From Octopus bimaculoides (taxonomy: Eukaryota), in contig NC_068986.1 in the NCBI RefSeq assembly GCF_001194135.2, forward strand, positions 11,006,524 to 11,070,523: 64,000 nucleotides of DNA, given 5' to 3'. This document shows, piece by piece, positions 49,538-64,000 of this stretch (position 1 is the first letter of the stretch; each line of letters starts with the position of its first letter). Under the pieces are notes generated by a model. That model was not told where the DNA came from. It was given only the letters and a program-made list of their open reading frames with translations, and ran no database searches. The position numbers and the translations under genes are program-made.

Positions 49538-52500
49538 CTGCAAAATTCAACATATAATTGTTCACATTATTATGAGTTATAATAATTTAATGGTGTAGCA
49601 GCTTGCGAGAAACTAGAGTGCAGAAATATAGAGCTTAACCCCTTTTTATACCAACCTGCTTAAGGCCACTCCTGATGATGATTGTCATCAACATTATCAT
49701 CATCATAGTCGTTTAATGTCCACTTTCCATGCTGGCATGGGTTGGACGGTTTGGCTGAGGACTGGCGAACCAGAAGGCTGCACCAGGCTCCAATCTTATC
49801 TGGCAAAATTTCTACAGCTGGATGCCCTTCCTAACGCCAACCACTCCAAGAGTGTAGTGGGTGATTTTGTGTGCCACCGGCATGAGGGCCAGTCCGGCAG
49901 TTCTGGCATCCATCATTTAATATCCGTTTTCCATGCTGGCATGGGTTGGGCAGTTTTACAGGAGCTAGCAAGTCGGAGGGCTGCACCAAGCTCCAGTTGT
50001 GTTTTGGCATGGTTTCTATAGCTGGATGCCCTTCCTAACACCAGCCCCTTTACAGAGTGTACTGGGTGCTTCCTATGTGGTGTCATCAGGGGTGCTTTAT
50101 ACATGGTGTCAGCATGGGTGTGGCTAATTCCCAGTTTTAAAATGATTGTAATTAAACCTTTCTATCAAAATTTTATATTAATTTATATTTGAAACACCAG
50201 CTTAATAATGAGAAAGTTAGTTTACTAAATTCTTCACTATTTTCTTCAAAATTATTTGTAACAAAGGCAGTATATTTCATCAGAAATATGGTAACAAAAA
50301 GGTTAAGCTTATCTCAAACCATCACACCAGACAAGTCTGCAAATAATTTCCTGAGATGTCTTTGAAACTTCATACCATTACATGATGTAACATCAATAGC
50401 ACTTTGGTGACAAGAATATTTATTGGGCCAATGAAAGCCTTGTGAGTGGATTTAGAAGGCAGAAAGTGAAACAAGTCCACTGCATGTACGTGTGCTGCCA
50501 TGCCTTGACATCATCATCAATTAATGTCTGTTTTCTATGCTGGCATGTGTTGGATGCAATGAGCCAAAGAACTGTACCAGGCCTCATTGTCTACTTTGGC
50601 ATGGTTTCTATGAGTGGATGCCCTTCCTAATGCCAACCACAATACAGAGTGTACTGGGTGCTTTCTATGTGGCATCAGTACCAACAGGGTTGCCAAGTAA
50701 TTTGCAAGATGATTGTAAATGAGAATTACCATCATGCAAGCAATTTCCAGTCTACTATGAAATAAATCTGGTCATCAAGAATGATAACTCTGCTTGGAAA
50801 CAGGTATGGGTTGGTAACAAAGAAAAGCATCTGGCTATAGAAAATCTGCCAACTAATTCCATTTAACCTAGACAAGCACAGAAAAGTGGACATTAAAATG
50901 ATAACTACTACTATTTCAACCCTGTCATGTTGTAACAGGAATAGCTTAAATGTCATCACCACTAGGTTCCTGCTTGAGTAGTAATGAACAACACATGTAG
51001 AAAAATAAAAGATAAAATACTAGAAACAGACAACTGACCATGTTGCAAATTTGTGGTGAAGTGTGTTTACGATTCATTGTTAATGGTTTTGCCCATAGCT
51101 GTTGCTTACTTTGTTTTTAATTATTTAAAAAAAAAAAAAAAGTGGGTGTGATGAACCCAGCACTTTGTCTTATGAATGAGCAAGGCCTTTGAAGTTGAGA
51201 AAATTATTGATATTTATTCTTTGAACAAAGAGTTTAAACTTATGCCAGCAATGAGAGTGAATCGGACAATCAAATTGGTGAAAGAGATGAGGAAATTAGC
51301 ACAACCAAACATGGTTGTTGAGAGATATGCCTATTATTGTTATTTCCCTGAAATTTTTTTTTGTCATTCTGTCCATTATTTTGCCTGCAATTGTTACTCT
51401 TGAGCTGTATACGCAATTATATATTTTTTTGCTCAGGAGCCCAAGTGGAGGGAAGTTAGTAACAGGGGGTCCCAAGTCTGAGAGGGTTAGTGAGTGCTTA
51501 CACTAACACATAAATAGGATGGAGGGAGTATAAATGACCACACTGACCCCAGTACAGTCATTTATTTCATTGAGCCCCCTTCCCCACCACGAAATACTGA
51601 AAGTATTCAGTCTGATTCCTACCAATTCTGTTACTCTCCTAATAATAATTACAGCTTGAAATTCTGGTACAAAACCAGCAATTTTAGGGGGGAGAGGTTA
51701 CTCAATTACATCGGCCCCAGTGTTCAACTGGGTCAAACTCAGAACATTAGAATTCCAAAGCAATGCCGCTGAGCATTTTGTCCAATTGCTGCCTTAACAA
51801 TCCTAATAACCTTTTCTGTTGGGACAAAAGACAAAAAATGGTTGTAGTGGAATCTGAAGAAATGATGCTAAGCATTCTTTTCCAACATGCTAACAACTAT
51901 ACCAACTTGTCATCTCGATAATAATTAGATCGATTTTACCTTTGATCTTTTTGGGGGCCCCAAAAAGCACCAGTTGAGGAGTAGGGTCGATGTCATCCAC
52001 TACATCCCTTCCCCAACATTTCAGACTTTGTGTCTATAGAAAGAAAACAATTATTCTACAATAGGCACAAAGCTGGAAATTCGGTGGAAAGGGGCTACTC
52101 AATTACATCAACCCTACTGCTCAACTGGTACTTATTTTATTGATCCCCAAAAGAATGTCGACCTCAGCAGAATTTGAACTCAGAACATAAAGGCAGACAA
52201 AATGTTTAACAGCATACTAACAATTCTGCCAGCTTGCCTTGATGATGATGATGATCATCATCATCATCATCATCATCATCAACATCATTCGACCCCAGTA
52301 TATGACTGGTACTTATTTTATCGCACCCGAAAGGATGAAAGGCAAAGTCGACCTCGGCGGAATTTGAACTCAGAACGTAAGGACGGACGAAATGCCGCGA
52401 AGCATTTTGCCCGACGTGCTAACATTTCTGTCAGCTTACATCCTTAATAAATAGTTATTATTAAAAAATGTTGCCACAAAGGCAGCTTGAGGCAGGGGAT

Positions 52501-55500
52501 TAAGTCGATTACATCGACCGCAGTGCGTAACTGGTATTTATTTAATCGACTCCGAAAGGATGAAAGGCAAAGTCCACCTCGGCGGAATAAATAACAACAA
52601 CAACAAATTTCTAACATTCACACACGTCATTAATTTGTAAAGAATCTTGGCTGTTACATTTTATCGATTCTGAAGGATCGAAGACAAACTAGAATGGACA
52701 GGGATATAACTAAAAACCATCAATTTCACTTCATTTTTAAGTTAATTTAAATTGTGTTCCTATTAGTAAACCCTCTGTGTTTCCTAAAGTACAACTAACT
52801 CGGTTATCAAACAATGTATTTATCTCTTTTTCTTTCTTTTACGATGCAGAATTTATTAAAATGGTTTCTCGCTCACTTTCATAAATCTTCGCCCAAGTTG
52901 TCTCCCTTCAATTATTTCGATAATTATTACCAAGATCGTCTCTATACGGCAGATCCTCGTGGCCTTGCAATACAAATATAATTACAGTAGTGATTGACAC
53001 AACGGGTAAAATTTACGAGTGGGAGAGGGGAATAAAAAAAATAAAGTATATTTTAAAATGTTTCGCTATTCGTTATGAAGAACATTCTTTCGCTACGTTT
53101 TTTCTCGAAATTTTTGTGACAAAATACCTGTACAATAGCAAAAATTTTAAGTAGATTGGCAGAGCAGGTAGATAGTAGTAATCAGTTGTGCTCCTTCGTG
53201 ATCACATCCTACAGGCGTCAACTTTGCCTTTCATACTTACAGGGTTAATAAAAATAAAATATATAAAAAAAATTTAGTCGAATGAATTGACCGTAGTACT
53301 TGTTTGTTTGTTTTTTTGTTTTGTTTTTTTAAGCTTGATACTTATTCTACCCTTCATTTCAGCTGAATTACTATGTTACGTGGATGTAAGCATCACAGCA
53401 GTAGTTGTCAAGCAGTGATGGGGACAACACACACACACGGTAGGCTTCTTTCAGTTTCCGTTTACCAAATCCATTCACAAGGCTTTGGTCGACCCGAGAC
53501 TACAAGTAGAAGGCATGTGCCCAAAGTGCCACGCCGTTGGACTGAACCTGGACCCATGAGGTTGGGAAGCAAACTTCTCAGACCAACATAACACACTATG
53601 CTGGAAGCACATTTCTTTTATTAATTTAAATGGATGCAGGTCGCTAAGTTGGTTCCAAATATTGAGAAATATTTATGATTAATGGATGCCCTTCCTTAAC
53701 AATGGCCCATCAGAAGTCTTCCCGGGTTGCTTGGCCTGTACTCCAATCCAGTTCCACCAACTTGCACCCACTCAATTATTTCTCTTTCTCTGGTGATTAT
53801 TTTATCACTAATAAGGTGGATATAGACATTAACCCATTGCCAAACATGAGCCCCATTTAGAAATCTGCTAAAACCAGTCAATGCCGGTTCTTCATTGTAG
53901 TCAAAGTGAATTGCTTATGTACATAGTATTTGCAGAGGTGTTTAACAAGATTTAGAAGTTAAAGTTTGTCATTATTGGCTCTGGCTAATTCTAGAGGACA
54001 TTTTAGGTCATAAATCGCAATTTTTGAACTACAAAAAAAAAAAAAAAATTACTATTTTAAAAACGTCATTTTTTTTTTCTTTTTGCGTTTCCCATCTATA
54101 TCATTCATTGAAATTTATACACATTCGTATTTGATACTATTGTTTCAAAAAAACTAAAATGTTTATAGAAAAGGATAAATATGTTTTGTTTTGTTTTGTT
54201 CTTTTGTTTTTTTAGCGATTCGCATTTGGGACTTTTCGAAAAAATTTATCATAATTTCCAAAATAATTCACATATGGAGAAAATTTAAATACTATATATT
54301 ATTTTAACTCCTAAGACACTTGGCAAAGCCAAAAAATATGAATAAAAAAATTTAGCAGTTAATGGGTTAAGATGGAGGTCCCTGTTATCTCCCCTTGTTG
54401 GTAAACCATACTGAAATGTACAGTCATTATATTGATTACGATGGTGCCAATTTTCTCGCAGAGATCAACTACTTCAGCCTCTAAGAACAGCATAACCTCC
54501 ACTATAGCCAACATTTCAGCCACCCTTCTCGGTATCTCTGTCACCATCAACACCAACCCACCTCCACATTACTATGCGTCAACTAATTCCCAACTCTTAC
54601 CTCCAACACACACATTAATCCAAAATCTTTTTTCTTTTTTTTTTTAATATCAACTCTTACGAGCGCTATAAATCTGAGGTGTGGCTGTTTGATAAAAAGC
54701 TTTCTTCCCAACAACATGGTTCCATGTTCAGTCTCACGACTGGTACCTCGGGTAAGTGTCTTCCACTATAGCATTGGCCCGACCAAAGCTTTTGTGAGTG
54801 GATTTGGTAGACGGAAACTGAAATAAGATCATCGCGCGCGTGCGTGTGTCCTTCGATGACTCGACAGCCGGTGTTGATATGTTTATGTCTCCGGAACTCG
54901 GCGATTCGGCAAAATAGACCGATACAAGTAGCAAGTTTAAAAAAAAAAAAGATACTGGGGTCGATTCATTCGACTAAAAATTCGAGCCGGTGCCCCAGCA
55001 TGGCCGCAGTCTAATGACAAACAATTAAATGATAAGAGATGCAGCACTTCTTCAATCGTAGTCGTGTCAGTTCTGTTGTGGATTCCACCTTCCACTGAGC
55101 TAGAACCATCGACCTCCAACAAGCTATACATACTCTTGCAAACGAAATATATATTTTTTAACCTTCCACACGACCGCACTACAACTAAAATACTCCTCTG
55201 TTATCGTCTGCTTTCTGAGACTGAAACATCTATTAGAAATTCACTGGCTCCAGCGTATTTACACAATTGTCTCCTCATATCAAACACCATAAGCAATTTG
55301 GAATCCCAGAATGTATGGCAAAGCCATTCTGGCACCATTTAACAGTAATTCAACACTGATCTATCCAGAACGTTCTAAACTTTCTCTTGTTCTCCCCCCC
55401 ACCACCACCACTCTCTCTCTCTACCTGTATATGATGCCTCAAGCGCCAAAAAGTGCTATTGTCAAAACAGACCAATTGTTCAGTTAGCCAGGCCAATCAT

Positions 55501-56881
55501 TAGTAGCGCCCATTTGTCCTGGTACGTATGCACTCTAAAGATTTTAACGGCATATCTGCCAACCTTTTCTACTTCGTTACTTGCAATTTTGCAATGCATT
55601 CTACATAGGTGAAATGGGAAGCCATTCAGGTGACTTCGTTTTCTCAAACCTGGCATTTCCCATAGAACGCAAGAGGAGGCTTGGGGCCCCGACATTTCAA
55701 ATCACTTGGCCACTCCGTTGATCACCTGTCAGTGTCTGGGAGTTTTTTCAACACCATGATACCCCATATTCCTGCAAACATGAAGAGTCATAAAAAGTCT
55801 TCCTGTTTGGTAATGATTCACCTATAAACCTTAATGAATAAATTCTCCTTTTCATAAAAATCATCATCTCCCCCACTATCAGATAATTTTATTCCAGTCA
55901 CTGATCAACTAACAAGATTTCCATCTTACTCTCTAATATTCTACCGGCACAAAGCCCTCCCTACCCCCACTCAACACTACCCTACCTCGCAGCTAAGCGG
56001 TTTTGTCTTGCAAGTTGCTTGGGTGACCCTGTCGGCCCTAGCGCTACATAAAAAGCACCCAGTACATTCTGTAAAGTGGCAGGCGTAAGCAAAGGAATCC
56101 AGCTGTAGAAACCATACCAAAACAGACAACTGAAGCCTGGTGCAGGCTCCCGGCCTTAGCAGCTCCTGTCAAACCATCCAACTCCTGCCAGCATGGGAAA
56201 TGGATGTAGAATGAGAATGGTGGTGGTCAATATCTCTTTTTCCACGCACACCAGATTTTAGCACTGTCGTCAAACTCTAGCAGAATGTCTATAAAACTTT
56301 ATTTCTTTAACACACACTAAACATTGCCACTTGTCTGTTGGCTTCTAGTGGCATACCCATACAATTATATTCACTATAAACCCAGGCATGGCTGTATGGT
56401 TAAGAAACTTGCTTCTCAAGCATGTGATCTCAGGTTTAGCCCCACTGCATAGCACCTTAACCCTTTAAGTATTTAAACTGGCTATATCTGGTCAAATCTG
56501 GGCCCTCACACCTACCCTACAATGTCGTTCTAAAAATAAATTACCACATCATCAAACTCTTGAAGTTACAAAATAATGCAGGATTAATTCAAAACAATGT
56601 GAATAAATAAGGATTACATTTGATAGAATAATCTGAATGCTAAAGGGTTAAGCAAGGTCCTTCTACTACCAAAGCCTCGTGAGTGGATTTGTTATATGGA
56701 AACTGAAAGAAGCCCATCATATATAGAGAAAGATAGACGTGTGTGCGTATATGTGTATATAACCTTGTCTTGACATCATGTAATAATTCCAAACAAGCAT
56801 CAAAATCATACAAGTGACATTGTTCATCTCCAGTCTTCCATGAAAACATGTCTGACAACGGGAAAATATTACCTTACTTCA

Positions 56882-57200
56882 TCGGTTCTCGGCTGGGGCC
56901 TGTATGACCCCTGGGTGTCCACACAAGCAAAGTAGTAAAATGGGAATCCACAGTCGTATATTAAGGGTTCATGAAAAATTTTGCTTAGATGTATTTATAG
57001 CAAGAAAAAGGTTTCTTTCTCTAATGTCTTACACAGTCCAACCTACACAAGTTAATGCTTGAAAAACAAAATAAGAATTTTGAAAAAAAAGAATCTATAA
57101 AACTAATTTTTAGACATTGAATGGCTAAGCGTGTCCACCAGAATAAAGTATTCATCAAAGGGGGGTGGGGACCAAAGATAAAAAGGGTTGAGAACCACTG
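56882..57200. mobile_element. hAT-like MITE (related copy at 58983-59330)
   Basis: Termini of the cagtggttctcaac / gttgagaaccactg type; shared internal sequence. Confidence 0.6.
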
Positions 57201-60200
57201 CCTTACTTGGAAACAGGTAAAGTTGGTGAAAGGAAGGCATACTCATACAGAAAATCAGTCTCAACAAATTCCACAAGCACCATGAAAGATGAAAAACTGG
57301 ATGCCAAAATGATAAGTAAATGTGTCTGTCTCCTTGCCTTGATATTGCATGACATTTGCAAATGATTATCGGCCATGGAGAAGTATTATCTTGCTTGGAA
57401 ACAGAAAGGGTATCTGGCCATAGAAAATCTGCCTCAATAAATTCCATCTGCCATGCTAGCATGGAAATATGGACATTTAAGCGATGATAAACTAAAAATG
57501 AAGCTTAAGTTGTGTATAAAAGGAAAAGAAATTTACAACCACCCATCCACCTTCAATGCAGATAATTTTTAGATTTAAGAAAACAGGAAGTGTTGCTGAT
57601 ACCAAAACATCTAAGAAATTACGATCAAGGTGGAATGAAAACACTCATGAAAATGTTGACAAATGTTAAGGCAATTCATTTGAGTTTAATTAGTAAAACT
57701 GCTACTTCAAGAATTGGTTCAAACTCCTTTTACTGTCAGTCTGTTGTTAATTTTCTCATCATATAATGGCGTCTGTCAAACCAATTTTTCCTTTCATCAT
57801 TAACTGGAAAATGCATCAAACTTAAGGTCTTACTCTTGAAAATATATAATTTTTATACAAACTTGTTACAAGTTCAAATATGTTTGAAGCATAATTCAAA
57901 CATGTAAGAAAGCAATTCACAGTATTTTGTTATGGAGAAAACTCCTCACTGTTGACAAATAGGTGTAAAAACACAGGGTCAGCTCAGAGTGACAGGTTTG
58001 GAAAGCCAGTGGCTGCACCAGGCTCCAATCTGATCAGGCAATGTTTCTACAGCTGGATGCCCTTCCTAACACCATCCACTCAGAGTGTAGTGGGTGCTTT
58101 TTAAGTGCCACCAGCACAGGAGAAAGTCAGGTGGACCTGGCATCGACCATGTTCAGATAGTGCTTTCTACGTGCCACCGGCACAGGAGCCAGTTAGGCGG
58201 ACCTAGCATCGACCACATTCAAATGGTGCTTTTTATGTGCCACCAGCACAGGAGCCAGTCAGTGGGTACTGGCATCAGCCACATTCAGATGGTGCATTTT
58301 ACATGCCACCGGAATGGGAGCCAGTCAGGGGCACTGACCACAGCTACGATTTTGGTTTTACTTGACTCAACAGGTCTTCACAAGCATATCATATTGCCCA
58401 CACATCAAGGATATTTTTAAATAGGCCAGACATGCAATACTGTCATCAGCCATGGCTGTGATCTTACTTTAGTTGCTGGATCTTCTCAATCACAGCATAT
58501 CTCCTGATGATCGGATCAACAGGAACCTTTGTCATCATAACCAATGGAATGCCAGTTATCTCTCTCTTTCCAACATTTTTTCTATCACTCTCACTCTCTC
58601 TTTCTCCCCACCATGTTGCTGTGTCAATAAGGCAGAGGACAGCAGTCACGCAATCACTTTATACACAGTCACTGTTTGTTTAAGATCATGATCAAGTCCA
58701 CACACTCTAAATAAAAGGTGGTTTGCTGATTTGCAGTAACAAGTTCAACACTACCCACATTCTATCCAGAGGGAGATTCATTTTGACCTTTGCATGCAAG
58801 TTACTTGGTGACCCTATAGTTGCTGGTTCCACATAAAAATCACTAGTGCTGGTGCCATGTAAAGGGCACCCAGTACACACTGTAAAGTGATTGGTATTAG
58901 GAAGGGCATCCAGCTTCTGGTTTCTAGCTCCTTGTCAAACTGTCAAACCCATGCTGTATGGAAAACAAACATTAAATGATGGTTAGTGGTTCTCAACTGG
59001 AGCCCATATAAGATTGGGGGGGGGGGCGGTTTCCACACACCAAAATAGCAAATTTAGGATCCACAATAATGCATTAAGAACCCTGGAAAAAAATTTGTTT
59101 TAAATGTATTGGTATGTATTGCAAGAAACAGCTAGGTTTCTTTCTCTAACATTTTACATAATTCAACCTACACAAATTAATGAGTGAAAACCAAAATAGG
59201 AATTTTGAAAGAAGTTCTACAAAATTTTGAAAGCAGTTTCTTCAAACATTGAATAACTAGGGGAAGGTCAACTGGAATAAAATGGTAATCAAAGGGGTCC
59301 ATAGACAAAAAACAGTTGAGAACTCATGATGATGACGAAAGTCTGAAACTTAGTGAAAAAAAACTCTGAGACTAGTGATGGGAAGGAAGTTAGTTGTCCT
59401 CTAACCTGAATGTGTGCAACAGATAAAACTCTACTGAGAGCAGAACAGCCAAGTGCCAGTTAGCTAGGTATTGAAATTATCTTTCACAAATCGCAGTCGT
59501 GGCAGATACTGGTGTCACACAAATTGGCACCTGTGCCGGTGGCACATAAATGCATCCTAGTGTCATGCAAATGACACCTGTGTCGGTGGTACATAAAAGC
59601 ACCCATTACACTCTCAGAGTGGTTGGCGTTAGGAAGGGCATCCAGCTGTAGAAAACCATACCAAATCAGACTGGAGCCTGGTGCAGCCTTCCAGCATGCC
59701 AACTCAGTTGAACCATCCAACCCATGCCAGCATGGACAACGGACGCTAAATGATGAAAGTCAAGATACAAGGCACAAGCATGACTGTGGTAAGTTTGCTT
59801 CCCATCCACAAAGTTCTGGGTTCAATCCTACAGCACTGCACCTTAGTCAAACGTCTTTTACTGTAACCCCAGACAAACTGAAGCAATGTGAAGGAATCCT
59901 GTAGATGGAAACTGAAAGAAGCCTGTCATGTGTGTCTCTTTGTGTTTGACCCGTCACCACAGCATGACAACCGATCCCAATGTGTTGCTCAGTCCAGGAA
60001 TCAAATCAACAATCACCAAAATGTGAGTGCAACACCCTAACTGCTAGGCCACAAACTTTCACAAGGAATAATCCTTTCTACTGGAAGCACAAGGCCTCAA
60101 AGTTTGGGGGAAGGAATTAAGTTGATTACATCGACTCCGGTGAGTAACTGGTACTTATTTAATCGACCCCAAAAGGATGAAAGGCAAAGTCGGCCTCAGA

Positions 60201-63200
60201 ATGTAGCAGCAGACGAAATACCGCTAAGCATTTCGCCCAGTGTGCTAACGATTCAGCCAGATCGCCAGCTTGCAAGGAATAATAATAATAATAATAATGA
60301 AATTAATTTTAAAAATTCATTCATCCAAGTTATTTGTAATTTTATACAAATTGACAGTAACATCTAGTTTTATAAGTATATAGAGAAACAAACTGATAAA
60401 TACAGAAGAACCAACAAGATGAGTAGATTTTGTACTGCATTGAGTCTCTAGTGAAGAGGACATAGCTATAAGCAGAAGGGCTTCACCAAAGAGATTTGCC
60501 TTAGGTATACAAAGACAGTCTTTGACCTTTTAGCATTTAAATGGCCATATCTGAGCCAAATACTCTATATGTTTTATGTTCAAACTGGCTAGGTCTGGCC
60601 ACTTGCGTCTAACCTACAATGTCATTCAAAATGTAACCAAATACATAATCGAAACGTCAACGCTACAAGATAATGTATGATTAAAAAAACAATGTGAATA
60701 AGTAAACATTACTTTTGACAGTAACTTAAATGCTAAAGGATTAATGATTATAACAGAAGGTAGAAATACTTATCCATTTCTTAAAGAACTTTATGACAGC
60801 TCAATATTAAAATACTCTTCTATCTAATGCACAACCATTGTGTTGTATACCACAGCAAGGCACATTACTGCTTGCACATGGCTCACACACAAAAGGCTCT
60901 TCATTATTGCTTCATAAGTGGTTGGTAGCAAGGAGGGGATTTAGCCATCAAAAGATTTTTATTATATTTTGTTATATACTACCATTGAGATACACAGTTG
61001 CAGGGGTGGATGCGAGGTATGAAACTTGCTTCCCAACCACATGGTTCCGGGTTCAGTCCTACTTGGGCAAGTGTCTTCTACTATAGTGTCAGGCCAACCA
61101 AAGCCTTTCAAGGGGACAGAAACTGAAAGAAGCCTGTCATGTGTGTGTGTGTGTCTTTTTTCCTCACCGTCACATGACGACTGGCATTGGTGTGTTTACG
61201 TGCCCTAACTTAGCGGTTCAGTAAGAGATCAACAGAATAAGTGCCAGGCTTAAACAATAAGTACTGGGGTTGATTCATTTGACTGAGAATTCTTCAAGGT
61301 AGTGCCCCAGCACGGCCACAGTCAAACGATTGAAACAAGTAAATAAAAAACACACACACATACAAGGTAAACTTTATAAACACCTTTCTAGAAGAACAAA
61401 CAATTCAGCCTCACTGTATGAAGTAGAAATTGGGGTTAAATCACGGGTTTTTCTGTCTGAAGTCAATGAAAGGATACTGATCTGATTAATTTTAATATTT
61501 ATTCTCAGCTCATTAGAGATTGGTCACTTACTTTTCACAGAGGAAATATGAGCAGAGAGCTATTTATAGAGTATGCAAACTTAGACAGTATTAAATTAGT
61601 CTACCTAATTAACATGAAGGTAATCATCCTGATGATTAAGGTGTTGCACTCAATTGCAAGATTGTGATTTCAATTCCTAGGTTTCATGTTCTTGAGCATA
61701 ACACTTCATTTCCTGTTGTTCCAGTCCGTTCAACCACGAGTAACCCTGCAACAGACTGGCATCCTGTTCAAAGAGGCTGTTGTGATCTCAGTTACTTAAA
61801 CATCATGGAAATCAGGCAACCTGCCCTACAAGTTTTGGGACCCAAAGACAGTCATGTCTGAGGGATTACCATTTTTTTTTACCTAATTTGCTCAACAAAA
61901 CAGTATAAGAATTGGCAATTTGAATTAATGGAACCACTGGTCAGTGTTGCTAATTTAGGATAAATATAAACGTAAGCTAAATCTTATAAACATGTGTTTA
62001 ACCTTGCAGAGAAAGTGATTCTATTAATTCAATCACATTGCCAAGCACTTGCATCATTATGTAAATTAGACCAATTTGGTTCTGTCCAAGATTGCGTGTA
62101 CTATAAATAGCTGTAAATTAATATATGTTCTGTGGACAAAAAGTACTAGCGAATTCGCCACTTTGCTTACTTGTAAGGTACATTCCATGTCTTTGCTGTT
62201 TATCAGAAAATCTCTCAACACCAAAATGGTGACATTGTAAAGGCACGTGGTCACACCCAAACATGTATTTTTAAATAACTTTCAAAGCATAAACTGCTCA
62301 ACCATGAAGTGTGATACCATTTACCACAAAGTGAGTGATTTGTTTCATCTACAAAGCATTAATACAATTCCCCAAAAGATGTGTGTCTTCTATATATTTT
62401 AATTTAACCCTTTAGTATTTAGGTTGGCCATATCTGGCCCAAACATTTTGCATGCTTTATGTTCAAACTGCCCAGATCTGGCCGCCCACATCTACCTTAC
62501 AATGACATTCTAAATGTAAGCATTCACATCATCAGAATCTCAAAGCTATGAGATAATGTATGATTAATTCAAAACAATGTCAATATACAAGGACTACATT
62601 TGACAGAACAATCTGAATGTTAAAGGGTTAAACCAGTTTTAGAGTTAACTGTCGAAAAATTTGATTCTTGAATATGGGGCAATTTAAATGCTAGAGGGTT
62701 ATGATTGATCCAATTGACTATATTCTCTCCCCACCAATGAAATCAGCCTTGTGTCTCATGAAAAAGAAATGAAGTTTCCAGTTTGCAAACATTTTCATCT
62801 ACTCCTATCCTCCTTTGTATAATGGGAGGCAGCCATGTATCTCACCTACAGCAAGACACATGCTCTTGTCACTCTATTATAGTTTAGCCTCTCAACACCT
62901 GGCAGAAAACTACCTCATCTGCTACACCTGCTCTCAGTCAAGCAGACTTCATCTTCTAAGTCACTTGGTGACCTCGCTTCTACCAACACCACAAACAAAA
63001 AAAAAAGCACCAAGTACATTCCATAAATTAGTTGGTGTTAGGATAGGCACCCAGCTGGAGAAACCATACCAAAACAGACTTTGGAGTTTGATACAGTTTC
63101 TCAGGTCATAAGAACCTGTCAAACAATTTAACCCATGCCAGCATGGAAGACAATCATTAAATGATGATGATGTAGGCAAGAAAGTTTGCACCTCTTACAC

Positions 63201-64000
63201 TCATCAACCATTCAACAATGAACTAATTATTTGAAACTAATTAATTCTAAAATGATACTGATTGCACTTCATTAGACACACAGCTTCATATGATGAAGAA
63301 TAACATCAACTGAATTGACACCAGTGTATTGGTGGTAATTATTGACTTAGCCATCATCAACATCATCATTTAACATCCATTGTCCAATGCTGGGGCATGG
63401 GTTGGATGGTTTGACCAGGACTGGTAAGCTGAGGGGCTGCACCAGACTCCAGTCTCATTTGGTATGGTTACTACAGCTGGACGCCCTTCCTAGCGCCAAC
63501 CACTTCGAGAGTGTAATGAGTGCTTTTACATGCCACCAGCACAGGTGCCATTTACATGACACTGGTGTCTTCCACAACTGCAGTTTTACTTGGCTTGATG
63601 GGTTGTCTTCTCAGCGATTACAAAGGACAGTAAACCATAGCAGAATTTGAACGCCATAAGACGTGCCAGTGCCACATAGTCAGTGCAGAGGTCATGTAAA
63701 AAGCACCCATGCTGGAGTCATGTAAACAGCTCCTGTGCTGGCGCCACATATAAAGTCGAAGAATATTTAGTAGAAATAAATAGCAGATGCATGAAAGTGC
63801 CACCTGCCCACCATAACTATTATCCATGCCATTATTTACAGCTGATGCTTTATTAATCTTTCATCTTTTACTCGTTTTAATCATTTGACTGTGACCATGC
63901 TGGGGCACCACCTTGAAGAATTTTTAGTTGAATGAATTGACCCCAGCACTTTTTTTTTTGAAGCCTGGTACTTATTCTATTGGTCTCAAACCGCTAAGTC

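Noticed and set aside
51026-51085. UBXN7 first coding exon
   Set aside because: The open frame ends in phase 0, incompatible with the phase-1 exon at 49537; could only be a UTR exon
54359-54556. LINE endonuclease remnant (QYGLPTRGDNRDLHLN)
   Set aside because: Single short resemblance, unverifiable by eye
55425-55771. Exon or ORF of an additional gene
   Set aside because: Stops in all minus frames after the acceptor, and no recognisable homology
62167-62200. Minus-strand micro-exons near 61.5 and 62.2 kb
   Set aside because: Donor-like sites exist but no recognisable peptide or linked exon chain

Overview
AT-rich, repeat-dense eukaryotic DNA with six N-gaps. The SINE and RTE families look like those of an octopus or other cephalopod, but that is an inference. 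Two spliced genes converge tail-to-tail. The 3' part of ZNF277 is on the + strand (6 coding exons, 5176-18377). UBXN7 is on the - strand (11 coding exons, 49537-19328; first coding exon not located). All exon junctions I called are GT-AG and phase-compatible. Almost all ORFs in the supplied track are microsatellite or repeat artefacts. Introns are filled with 5'-truncated RTE LINE ends, three abundant tRNA-SINE families, TTAA/TA/8-bp-TSD MITEs, a tandem non-autonomous Helitron, and fossils of Tc1, DD37D-mariner, R4 and Penelope elements. The most striking observation is a fourth, rarer tRNA-headed SINE-like element whose body carries a minimal Penelope-type hammerhead ribozyme. It is inserted twice (about 8.1 kb and 25 kb), both times with inverted segments. 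This suggests a Pol III SINE/retrozyme hybrid mobilised by Penelope-like elements rather than by a LINE.
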